Positions 12,991-24,908 are shown, numbered from the whole stretch's first letter. The stretch is 57,655 bases of DNA, filler included, from Sluysia triapertura (GCA_046118255.1; 5 parts of 5 records of this genome joined end to end with filler, not necessarily neighbours in it); one strand, 5' to 3'. The notes: generated from the letters alone by a model not told the origin. Program-made: numbers and translations.

Positions 12991-15199
12991 TGAGAACTAA
13001 ATTTTTGATTATCTAACTATGTAAATTTATGTTATTTAGTGTTTTATGTTTTATTTTATTATCATTCTAATTATCATTTATTTTATTCTAAATTTTATAT
13101 TAATTATTACAATTAAAATAAATATTTTACTATCGAATTATTTTTATAAGTTAATAAAAAATTTTAAGAATTAAAATAATTGAAATAAAACTAAATTTTA
13201 AATTACAAAATTATATTTTTCATATTATTTAAATAATCTGTTTTGTTAAATGGAATTATTTATTCAAAAAAGAAAAACAAATAGGGCGACTAAAATTTAG
13301 TATAAGTACTAAATTTTAGCAGCCATATTTACACAAAAATTTTAATCATCTGGTTGAAGAAGGAAAATTGCAATTCCATGAAAGTAAGAGTGTTTCGTAA
13401 TATGTGTATGGTTCTCATCATAACTGGGAGAATTTAAAATTTATTTAAAATCTAATCATTTGTCTTAGACCTTAAAGGCTAAGTTAATTTCTAATATAAA
13501 ATCGCTTACTAAAGGAATTTAAGCTGCAAAATCTTTATTATTATATTTAATATTTTGTTCAACTTTTTCTAAGTTATGAACAATTATGAAATTATTAAAC
13601 TTACGGGTTTGCCTGTTATGCACGGTTTATATTGCGTGAAAGACGTGCTCACAGGATTTTTGGTGAAGAGTGCTGCGTGAAAGAGTTCCTTACTGCTTAG
13701 ATGCAATGTACGTGGTATTTCTCAAGAACTTCTTAATTGCTAACTTAGGTAAATTATTTTAATGTACAAGTCAATTGTCAATATATTTAACACTATTACA
13801 CTTTTGTAATTTTAACTTATTAAGTTTAAAACTTTACAAAATGTTTAATAATTATTCCGAAATTAATCGACCAAAATTTAAATACAAAATTACTACAAAT
13901 TAATCGCTCAAAATTTAATTATAAAATTACTACTAAGTCTGAATTTATAACTCAAAAACTTCAAAAACAAGTATCAATTCTTTCGAAAACAATAAATATA
14001 AATTATACAATAGATCATAATGAAATATAAATATATAAACATAAAAACTCAGGATTTTGACTCAGGCGAATGCTTGAGTTTCGAAAAATAGTTATTTTAA
14101 GTGGATTTTAAGGCAAGGTATCTACGCCAAGATCTTACAAAAAATATCTTACTTATTCATGAAAAATTTCTGGATAATAAAGGTCTATCAAATAAATGGT
14201 CTCGATCAATTGATAACTCCTGAATGTGTTTGATTCAGATTATTGTTGGTTTCACTACAGAATTTCACCGATCAATAGCTCCAAAAAATATGTATTAATC
14301 ACTTGACGATCCAAAAATAATGTACTCCTTAGTCGTTATTAACGTTAGTTTTGTTGTGCTTCTTTTTATGATTTTTTCGCCGCTAATGAATAAGGTTGAT
14401 ATTTGAAGTTTTTATAAACAAATTGATAATTAAAGGAATAAATTTTGACAAAATAAACAAATAAATAATAACGAAAAATCAATAATGTAAATATTTATTT
14501 TTAATATTTTTTCGATTTAAAATGATTGACATTAAATTTCCTTTATTCTAAAGTTTGAAATTAATTAAAAGTTTAATTAACGGTTTTTGAAATTAATTAA
14601 ATTTATAATTTATAAGATTTTTACATTTTATTTTAAATTAAACAAATTATATTTTATTTTTTACAAATTTACAAAATACAATAAATATAATATTTATATT
14701 TTGTTCTTCGTTGTTTTGCAAGATTTTGTACAACTACTGTCTTCGGTGAAAATATGTTACATAATTTTTATTTTGCTTTCAAGATAAAAGAATTTTTAAA
14801 ATTTAAAATTAATTCATATTTTGCTAGAACGTAATATGACTATCTTAACGTCTAAAATAAATCACACCTTTGTTAAACCGTAAAAGGCTAACTTAAAATC
14901 TATATTTGATTATTTCTGCTAGACCGTAATAAGGCTAACTTAAACTACTAGCATACGTTTCATTAAATAAAATTGTCGTTTTGTATAAATTTTTTATGGT
15001 GGACATCCCAAACTACTGAATTTTAAGTCCAAATTTAAAGTCCTAAAGGACGCCGTGCTTATTAGGCGAATTCACTTTCAGAATCCTTGTAAGTGTAAAT
15101 TTAAGCCTCTATTGATAAAACACTTGCAGATGGTTACTCAGAGGTTCAATGCTCAAAATAATATTAAGATTACATAATTAAATCGTAATTTTCCTTCAA

Positions 15200-15862
15200 A
15201 GCAAATCTGTTTTCGCTATCTATATTGGCTTGCATCTTTGGCGTTTCTTATGGACATTACGAATTCTTTAAATAACTTGAATTTACATTTACTCAGCTTA
15301 GTTATATTCTTGCAATTGTAAGAAAACTACACCTGTGGGAATAGCAGCCTCAACATTAAAATTATGAACATTTTCCATCCCTTCAAAAATACAAACCACA
15401 AAATCCAGAAATATTTGTGAATATGATCAAAGATTTGAAGAATGAGTTCTCATCTCATTTTACTGACTTTTGTAAAACATGGAGATGAATTCAAGCTTAT
15501 TGTTAATCCTTTTAATGTGGAAGTGCGCACTCTATCAGAATGTTTTCAAATGAAGTTGATTGAAATGCAATGTGACGACTTATTGAAATTAAAATTTCAC
15601 TTCGACGATGTTTCTTTGCTTGATTTTTATACGAAATACATTTATTCTAATAGGAAGTGTCCTAACCTCGTGAACCACGAAAAAAGATGACATCTTTATT
15701 TGTAAGTACTTTCCATTTTCAAAATTGAAATATATTAAAAACAATTTGAGAACAAGATTAACCGATAGTAATTTGAATAATGTTTTGTTGTTGGCATCAA
15801 CAGGCCTGACACCCAATAGTGAAAAACATTCAGGTAACAAAGTACATCAAACTTCCAATTAA
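15200..15862 (+). mobile_element. hAT transposase remnant, C-terminal dimerisation region
   Basis: LAFLMDITNSLNNLNL, FQMKLIEMQCDDLLK, FSKLKYIKNNLRTRLTDSNLNNVLLLA...; degenerate. Confidence 0.88.
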
Positions 15863-18339
15863 TTATTCAAATTTTGGATTTTTGAGTACAAAAGATTTTT
15901 AAAATACATTGTTTTTTGTCACCTTACTTGCTTATTATGTGTACAACTGAAATATTTTAAAGAATCTTCATTATTTTATTGATTTTAAGTAATTTGAAAA
16001 ATGTTTTTGATAAACTTTTCTTATATTTTTAAGAAACCTGATTTAAACTATATCTGAAAAAGAAAGAGCAAGTAGTTATCATTGCTGAACAGCTTTTAAT
16101 ATCACAATTCTAAAAAAACTCTGTAATATTGAATTCATAAGTACAGTGAGAACTAATTTCTTGTTAACCGTCTTTAATTATTTTTTATTTCAAAACTCAA
16201 ACGTAATGCTGAATTTGTGCCTACTTAAATACGATTAGTAATAATATCAAGAGCAATGATAATAATATTAATAATGTCAATATGTAAAAATTTCAATATG
16301 TAAATAATCGTTCGTAATATCTAAAAATAGAATATGGCTAAAATTTTGTAATCCATAATAATAACATGTAAACAATTTAAAAATAGAATTTAATTGATTT
16401 TTAATTATAGAAATAAAATAGTTTAATGGTATTATTATTATTATTATTTATTGTTATTAATTATTATTTAAAATCATTATTAATATTATTTAAATTTTCT
16501 AATTTAATATTTTTTAAATTTTCTAATTTCTTAAAATAAATCAAATAAACTAAATCGGTCAAGGTGGCAATTTTTAATATAAAAACACGTAAAAAATTCA
16601 TAATCACAATATTTCACACAGTATTTTACACAATATTTCGCACAAGAATTTGAATTGGAGATTCGAATAATTCTCGAGATCGGATAATTTAAGATTAGAC
16701 ATCGTGATAATTTCCTTGGCAATATTGTTTCAAGAACGTACCGAAACGTCGATCTAAATTTACTTGGAACTTTAATCTTTCTGATAGTATAACCGTTAGA
16801 TTGTTAATTTTAAGTTTTTATCGTTTTTAACAAATATAAAAATCAATAGAATAATTGATTAATTTAAGATTATATGTATAGTTATTATATTTACTTATCA
16901 TTTTTGTATAAAAATCATTTTACAATAAATTTTGTTTACTGATTTGCATAAGGTCACCGATTTTAATCGGTTTTAAAATCTAGATAAGTTATCTTAAAGA
17001 AAAAGACAAAACGATTTAAGGTACGCCGTTTTTACACGGTCGTAAAATCGACGTAAGACATTCTGAATTTTTTGATATTTTTTAAATAGATAATCAAGAT
17101 TGTTTATTTTCTAACAGTTAAGTACAAATTAATATTGCATCAAATTTATTTGCCCATATAATAGTTAAACCTAATTTCATATTGCATTGTTGCCCAGAAG
17201 ATTTTGTTCATTTTTAAAAGAGTTAAATTTTTTAACTTTTAAACTAAAGAAGTGATACTAATTTTACATAAAATACAATTACCCAGGAAAGTATAATTGA
17301 TTTAATCTCAGCTTACTGTACTTCCATATAAGTCCTTCTAAAATACTGCCTACAACTTAGCCTTTAAGTGTGTAAGTCTAAGATTGTAGGGGACTCACAG
17401 CAAAGAATAAATAAATTAAAAAACTTTATCCTTTTCACTCTACCTTCTTACAATACTAACAATAATTATCAATCTTTCATTACATCATCAAATATTCTAA
17501 GTACTACAAGTAAATGTGCAAATTTACAATATAGTGTTTCAAATATAATTACAGATTCTATAAATGTAACTTAAAACACCATTGATAATAATAATAATAA
17601 ATAATATTGATAATAATATTAATAATAATAGATAATGTTGTTTTGTGCGATAATGATGATGAAAATTGGGGTTTCGATAAAATAAAACTTATTTTCATAT
17701 TATTGCCATATGAGTAAAATTTATTTTGATATTATTACAATTAATAGTAGTACAATGGTTTTACTTAAAAGAACCTAACTTGCAAAATAAGAAAGTTCTG
17801 AAGGTTAGTTCGCCTAATTAAATACAATTTAAATCTGAGCGCAAACGTCCTAAGTAAGATTTTAATGTAAAAATAAAATGTAGTTCACTAAAAAAATTGA
17901 GTACATGTACGGTCGGTGTGATTTCTTTTAATATTGACACTAATGTAGGTTAAACAAATGAATATTATTAATTTACAGGTTAAGTCAGCCAGTTACAGTG
18001 TGACAAAAGTGATAATAGAATTTAGAAGTTGAATCATCCTGTTACGGTCTGATCTATGTAAAATAGATTTTAGTAAAAATCTGTTTAATTCACTAAAAAT
18101 TTATTATCTACAAGATAAATATAACACAAAAAAGGCATATTAAATATAAATATAGTTAAGGTAATAATGATACAGATTAAGTCAGGAACTTAAAAATAGT
18201 AAAATTTTAGGCAAAAGTTAACCTAGCCAGTTACGGTCTAGGATATTTATTTAGATTTTAATAACTTCCTATCTATATGATTAAAATACTAAAATATTTT
18301 AAGTTGATATTACCCCTTAATATATGGGGACTTAAAAAG

Positions 18340-18392
18340 TAATTAGAAATAATTAGAAATAATTAGAAATAATTAGAAATAATAATTAGAAA
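18340..18392. repeat. 10-bp minisatellite (AATTAGAAAT)n
   Basis: About 5 direct copies. Confidence 0.9.
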
Positions 18393-18834
18393 TTTAAGTA
18401 TATTTTAAAATTTCAACTTCTAAAGTTGAAAGTGACCCTATAAATATGTAATTTACCAATACATTGATTTGTACTTGTCTAGTCGATATTTTCCAATTTT
18501 TGAATTAACTGCAAATTGCAAAGAGTTACTAAAAATTCATAATTCTTCTTACAAAGACGCTGCAAATTGAATCAAACTAAACTGATTTTTCAAAATGGTG
18601 ATTTTAAAATGAGGATTTTCATTAAACTGTTGCTAGTTTATATACTAGTCATCAGCTAATGGAAATCGATGGAATGTTCTAGAACATTCAAGAGCTTTTG
18701 TTCTATTTCTAGTAGCGAATTTTCTTTTTTGGAAAATAAAATTTTTAATTGGCTTTTAAATGGTTTTAAATAATTTTACAGTATTATTATGACATTTTAA
18801 ATTATTTCATAGGTATTGCGCTTTTGAAATCAAT

Positions 18835-19345
18835 AGTAACAATAAACCAATATTAATTTAATTTACTTAAATAAAATATCAAATGATTTCAATTTTTACT
18901 AGATCAAACATAACTTATCACAAATTTTCTTATTTTAATAATGATATTTATCCAACCCAAAAGTTCGTACTTAATTTAAATTAATAACAATAAGTCAATA
19001 ATATAATAATTACAAAATTAAATACAAGTCGTTATTATAAGTCTCCGCTTGAACAACAATGCAAGTAAACTAAATGAAAAATAACTAAATTTCAAAGTAA
19101 AAATTTATTACAATATTAGGACACAACAATCTATAGAAAGAAAACAGAGGTGATGCTGTAAATAACAAAAATATCTGAAGAAATTGAAATAACCAATAAT
19201 AATATTTATCTCTTATCGAATAACTCTATTCTAACTTAATAGCCGAAAAACTGTAAAGTAATTTGGGCAGGTAGTCTCCCTAAATTCAAGTAAAATAAAG
19301 TTAAAATGAATTGAGAGATAATAATTAAATACTTAAAAATTCTTG
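18835..19345 (+). repeat. Dispersed ~500-bp non-coding repeat, copy 1 (copy 2 at 32008-32550)
   Basis: Colinear similarity, e.g. TTTACTAGATCAA...TATCACAAATTTTCTTATTTTAATAATGATATTTAT and AATTTGGGCAGGTAGT. Confidence 0.9.
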
Positions 19346-20074
19346 GACGGTGGTTTTCCCTAAAAATTATTCAATAATATTAATAATGCTAGAATAAAAC
19401 GAAAAATGTCAAATGAGTTCACCAACGTCTTGGTCTTACTGACTTAACGGCCAAGCGTTGGATTTTGTCGTAAGAGTAAAAAAATGGAGGTTAAATGATT
19501 AAATCTCTTTATTACAAACTTAGGCTAAAAGTCTTTAATTAACTTTAAATTTTAATATGTATCAAAAGATCAAAATAATAAAATATCAAACAATTTAATT
19601 AAGTAAATGATTTTATGGGCAATTCAGATTTTAGTTTTATTTTAATTTAGATTTTGAAAATCCTACAGTTAATGATATTACTCAGGTTTGAGTATACAAA
19701 CCTTTTACAATAAATATTTTACTCGGGTTCAAATAAACTGAACCCCTTAAAATTTTTAAATGATTTTTCTCAGGTTCTTTCTCGAACCTTTTCTTTATTT
19801 TGATTTTAGGAATTAATTAAATAAAATATATAAGTTTTATTATACAAATTATACAAATTGATACAGAATTGATTATAAAAAACAGTTTATCAAATATAAT
19901 AATAATATAATTTTATGGAAGATTATTATAGCAATAATAATCTTTATATAACGAATTTTAGATAGATTTTTCTTAGTTTCTAATAAAGAGAAACTTAATG
20001 ATTAGTAAAAATGATTTTAGGTTATATTTTTCTTAGCAATTTCAAATTGCTGGAACTTAACAGAAAAAACTAAC

Positions 20075-20178
20075 GTAAATATACAAATTATGAATTTCCA
20101 AATGAATAATTCTTGATGCTGCTGAAGTAAATATACAAATTATGAATCTCCAAATGAATAATTCTTTATGCTGCTGAA
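20075..20178. repeat. 52-bp tandem duplication
   Basis: GTAAATATACAAATTATGAAT.TCCAAATGAATAATTCTT.ATGCTGCTGAA twice. Confidence 0.9.
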
Positions 20179-20690
20179 GAAACTTGTGCTCACAAAATTT
20201 AAAAGACTTGGACGATAAAGCTGGAAGATTAATAACGATTTGTGTAATAGTAAATTGTGTGAGATTATATTAAATGTCAGGGTATATATATATCCATTTT
20301 TTGTAGGTCATTTGCATATTTACGAATTAGTATATTAAAACAATAACAATTTTTTAAACAATAATAATTTTATTAGTTTTTTAATTAATAATAATATTTA
20401 ATAATACTGCTGTTTAATAGATTATAAAAATTTTAATAATAATTAAAAAATAAAAATAAAAATAAATAAACTAACGTGGAAGATGAAAATCATAAAAATT
20501 TTTGAAATTTAATCCTATATCCTTTTCTTTTTAAAATGAATTTATAATTTATATTATTTACAATTTGACAATTTATAATATTGATTATTTACGATTTACA
20601 AATGTTGCTATTGACATAATTTAGATTTATAAATGTTATTGACTAAAATGTGTTGACTAAATTGTGTCTATGTCCTTTAAAATTAAAACT

Positions 20691-22100
20691 TTACAACATT
20701 ATTAAAATTGTTTTATTGAAAATACAATAAACTATAAAATAGAAATAAAGATTAATACATTTATTAAATACTAAATTGATTGAACTACTTAATAAGAACT
20801 TTATTGTAAATTTCATATTACCATTATGATCGATTACCATTATTGTCCATTTGCTCCTTTTGAAATACAGCTCTAAAAAGACAAATAAATTCGAAACTTT
20901 TATAAATATTTTATCAAACCAAAAAAAACTAAATTTATGTCGGTAGACAATCTTTCTTGGTTGATGATTGATGTAAGGGTTTGAAATAACTGGTTTCATG
21001 CTCAAACTATAAATTAGATTGATCGCACGGTTGAGATTATCGGAGAAAATCTGCTCTTTATTTGAATCTTGCTGTGATTCAAAGATATTATGTGCGTATT
21101 TGCAGTTTGCACCGAACTTAGAACATTTTCCGTCAGATAACATAGTATAAAGGCAGATATATTTTCACGTTTTATTATTCTACCTGGGATATAAGATTGG
21201 TTTAGGAAATTAAGGAAATAGAGATCCTTAGTGGTTCATTGAATTCGTTAATAAATCGGATGTTGTTATGCCTGCCACTGTAAAATGCATTAAAAGAATA
21301 TTATCTGACATTAAATATAAATTGGAAGGATCTAAATTAATTTTTGATACGTATTGCTTCAAATTTGATGAATTAGTAGATCTTATTTCGTACGAATTAC
21401 ATTTTGAATTATTTTGCATATGCGTGGAATTAAATTATTGAAGTAGAATTCGATGAATTATTATCGATTTTTTAGATACATCGATTAAAAAATACACTCA
21501 TAACACTATCATCGACATTTAAATCTGCCAAAACATGCACCTTACTGATATTTTGAGCTTTCTTCAAACATTTGTCATTGTTATCATTGTTTTTTGATAA
21601 CAGTTTTATCAGATAATTAGAACTAAATGTATTATTTTACCAAAACATAATGATCCAAATCTATTATTGATTATCGATATATTCTTTTGTTTTATCTATT
21701 ATTGATTGTTTGATTTCAGAAGACTTTAGTGATAGATTTAATTTTAAATAAAATACTGATCTTTTAAAATTATAAAGCTTTGCCTTTTTCTCTTTACAAC
21801 TCATTTTTTAATAATCGCTTAAATTCTTTCGTTATCTACTACAAATAACTGTCTCAATTAATTGTGATTAAGTACTGAAAAATAATGTTTTGTTATCACT
21901 GTGTACTTTTCAATTTGTTACAATATATTTATTATTGTCCAATAAGATTGATGTATTTACTTCCAAGCCTAATACCAAAAGCAGCGATAATTGTATGACT
22001 GTCAGTAATACAGTAATTAACTTACGTTGATTAAAAGACAACACGATGTGCTTGAAAACAAATAATTCAAACCGCCAAACAGTCAGAGTACACACAGTAA
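20691..22100 (-). pseudogene. Unkempt-like CCCH zinc-finger orphan family Z, copy 2
   Basis: ICLYTMLSDGKCSKFGANCKYAH = C-x9-C-x6-C-x3-H, preceded by KDLYF and followed by LSMK...PYIN...FDK shared with copy 3; stops and frameshifts upstream. Confidence 0.7.
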
Positions 22101-22115
22101 AATAATTAATTGAAT

Positions 22116-22215
22116 NNNNNNNNNNNNNNNNNNNNNNNNNNNNNNNNNNNNNNNNNNNNTTAATTAATTAANNNNNNNNNNNNNNNNNNNNNNNNNNNNN
22201 NNNNNNNNNNNNNNN
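22116..22215. other. Artificial contig linker
   Basis: Same N-TTAATTAATTAA-N structure. Confidence 0.98.
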
Positions 22216-22244
22216 GAATATATTGAAAATGAAATTGTTAGACG

Positions 22245-22317
22245 GGGCTGATAGCTCAGTGGTAGAGCAGTCGAACTGCGCAGACGATGGTCTCGGGTTC
22301 GATCCCCGGTCAGTCCA
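22245..22317 (+). ncRNA. tRNA-like Pol III unit (73 nt) inside an LTR; probably not a functional tRNA
   Basis: Acceptor stem GGGCTGA/TCAGTCC-A, D stem GCTC/GAGC, A box TAGCTCAGTGG, B box GGTTCGATCCC, TTTT right after; anticodon stem has two mismatches, nominal anticodon GCG. Confidence 0.8.
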
Positions 22318-22415
22318 TTTTACGAAGTCTAACAAGAGCATCGAACTACACTGCTGTGAAGTGAGAATTTCCTGAGTTCGATTTCCGGTCAGTCCATTTT
22401 ATGATGTAAAACATT

Positions 22416-22427
22416 TGGTGAGCCCAC
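22416..22427 (+). promoter_or_regulatory. Putative primer-binding site of the TRIM
   Basis: TGG-starting sequence 2 nt after the LTR-terminal CA (AAACA-TT-TGGTGAGCCCAC); cognate tRNA not determined. Confidence 0.65.
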
Positions 22428-22547
22428 ATATCGAATAACCTTCTGATATTTAATTAAATGATTTACAAGATGTTTGAGGTGAAACGTAATTGAATTGGGT
22501 GAAATATGTTCACATACAAGCATAAAGTTCCATTTAGAATAATGATA

Positions 22548-24346
22548 CCGAAAACTCCCGATTATTCGCGCTAATTATGGTGAGGTCTGGCACGGATAAT
22601 CCGCAGAATAATAATAAAAAACACTGCTATAATACAAAAGAAATGATAATGCATTCAATGCTTTATTAAAAATGGGTAATTTTGGTTTGTTTAAGTAAAT
22701 TTATCAATGTCTTTTTAATATCATCTCGAATTTTTTTAAAGATATTACATCGTTATAGTCTAAGCTCCAATGATCGACGTATTTTTGTAAAGTATCGACA
22801 GAAGTCATGCCGTGCCGTGACTAATACGATTGGTAATATCTTCTACCTCACTTTCTGTCTCACTTTCACTTTCATGTGGATTTGAAATTAGATGTGAAAT
22901 AATATCCGTATCTGGAATCCTGGATCTGATGAGTCAAATTCCATCCATTTCTCAATATTTTGATCATCAACATTTTCAAAGCAATTTAATTTTTTATTAG
23001 TTCAAATATTTCTAAAATGTTACATATCTCAGATTCGATAAAGTCCGAAATATTACTTTCTACATTTGACACAATCGAACTTGTGTTATTGTCTTAATTT
23101 TGTTCCAAGATTTAACAGCTCCATATATTGCATCCAGCATTGTCATATTTTTTCCATAAATTCATTAAATTTTCATTCTCACTGCAAAAGCTTCTAAGAA
23201 GATCATTGCGATAATGACGTTTCATTAAAGAGATAACTCCTCGATCCATAGGTCGAATTAAAGATGTTACATTAGGTGGTAAAAATTTTGCAGCTGTAAG
23301 GCCGTCGTCTGTTTTCAGTATGCTTTCATTTGGATGACAAAGAGCATTATCTAATAACAGTACTGCCCTCTGTACTCGAATTTCTGGGACCCATTTATTT
23401 TTAAGCCAATGTTCAAAGATTCTTCTGCCTATCCATGCTCCTTTTTGATTCTAGTAATCAACAGGATGATTCTTTATTTATGTTCCTTTAAATGATCTTC
23501 TCTTTTTTCATTTTCCAATCACGAGAAGTTTTATTTTATGAGTTCCGGATGCGTTGCTACGGCACATGATTGTGATACGTTCTTTAGATGATTTATGGCC
23601 TGGAATCGATGATTCATTAGACGAATCAAGTGTCCTTGTAGACAAACACTTTCTACATTATAAATTTGGTCGGGTTTCAAATCATTTGCTTGAACATATT
23701 CCTCAAATTCAATCCCGAATTTATTGGTGGCATCAAATCTTCTCTAAGACGTTCTCCTTGGATTGAAAGCTCACGGATACCATGACGTTTCTTAAATCTG
23801 GTTAGCTATCCAGAAGATGAGTTAAAGTCGTTTTTGAATCCCAATTGAATCATAAAAGAATTTGTTTTGTGTGCAATTGGCATTCCTGCTCGTTTTGGAT
23901 TAAACCATTTAAGCATAGCTATATCTAAATCTTCATATGATGATATTTTCATATTTTTCCGAGTTGAAGGACCTTCATTACTATCACAATCTCTTGCAGA
24001 CTCCTCCAGCTTTCTTTTTGCTTTATTATATCTCGAACTGTTTGAGCACCAACTCCGTATTCTTCCGAAAGTTTCATTTCAATCAACAGACGTTTTTGAT
24101 TCACACTCAGTACGACTCTTTTGACATTACGATAGGGTATTTTTCTAAAATAATTTAAAAATTTTAAAAATTTAATTTTAATTAAACTTTTAATTATCAT
24201 AATCTAAAGAAAAATAAACAATACATACCGATAAATCAATATCAAATCAATAAAATTAAAATTGTACTTCTTAAAATAAATAGAGGCGTATTTAAACAAT
24301 TAATGAATTTTCTAAATATTATCCACGGATAATCGGGAGTTTACTG
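22548..24346 (-). mobile_element. pogo/Tigger (jerky/TIGD-like) DNA transposon with a decayed transposase
   Basis: TIRs CCGAAAACTCCCGATTATTCG / CGGATAATCGGGAGTTTACTG, TA on both sides; minus strand gives an HTH (KRVVLSV...EYGVGAQTVRDIIKQK) and DDE_1 motifs (AVLLLDNALCHP, FLPPNVTSLIRPMDRGVI). Confidence 0.92.
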
Positions 24347-24384
24347 TATTATAATTGACTATGATAAAACAAAATTGTAAGACG

Positions 24385-24465
24385 GGGCTGATAGCTTAGT
24401 GGTCAGAGCATCGAACTGCACAGATGTGAAGCGAGAGGTGCCGGATTTGATTCCCGGTCAGTCCA
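24385..24465 (+). ncRNA. tRNA-like unit in the 3' LTR (long anticodon-arm variant)
   Basis: Same acceptor, D and T arms and TTTT; anticodon arm extended (CTGCACAGATGTGAAGCGA), matching the partial copy at 22335-22396. Confidence 0.75.
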
Positions 24466-24908
24466 TTTTATGGAGTGTAGCATAATATAAAACTAAAAAA
24501 TATGTTAGATTTATTAATAACCAATAATAATAGTAATGTTGTTACTAATATAAAAGTGAATGAACTATTAGATGTATCTGATCATTATTTATTGAAAAGT
24601 GTGTGTTTGGTGTAAAAAGATTAAATATAGAACTTATAGAAATAGAGTAAAATTATGTCGAGTAAATTTGAGGAATAATAAATTTTACAGACACAAGATA
24701 GATATATTAAACTTTTAATAAGTAAAAATGTTGCGATATTTTGAGATTGTTGAATTATGAGGACTAAAACGATGCAAAAAAGGAAGTGGAGAAGTAAAAA
24801 TAAAGATAAGCGCGAGCCCTTACGAGCCTCTTGTTCATGAAAAACATTTAATGTATGTTATCCTGGAAGAATAACAAGATGAAACCAAGATGAATATTTC
24901 ATTGAGAA

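Larger units (their letters stand above)
22216..24482 (+). mobile_element. Miniature non-autonomous LTR retroelement (TRIM) with a tRNA-like sequence in its LTRs, interrupted by a pogo element
   Basis: 5' LTR ends ...AAACA (22413), then TT, then PBS-like TGGTGAGCCCAC, ~93-bp internal region, then 3' LTR from TGTT (22507) to ...GTAGCA (24482); removing pogo 22548-24346 restores an LTR colinear with the solo LTRs at 30529-30691 and 35524-35678. Confidence 0.75.

Noticed and set aside
14587-14787. Short F/I/L/K/Y-rich ORFs (also 33887-34075, 47259-47513, 54956-55201)
   Set aside because: Composition is what AT-rich non-coding DNA gives by chance; no motifs
16595-16645. Short periodic repeats (12-bp here, 20-bp at ~33770-33835) as a CRISPR-like array
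   Set aside because: Head-to-tail minisatellites without unique spacers; eukaryotic context with no cas genes
22245-22317. Functional tRNA-Arg(GCG) or tRNA-Cys genes
   Set aside because: The anticodon stem is mismatched and variable between copies, and the flanks are conserved as an LTR-like unit
22416-22430. Self-priming by the element's own tRNA-like RNA
   Set aside because: Its CCA-tailed 3' end would need PBS TGGTGGACTGAC; the observed sequence is TGGTGAGCCCAC, matching only the first five bases
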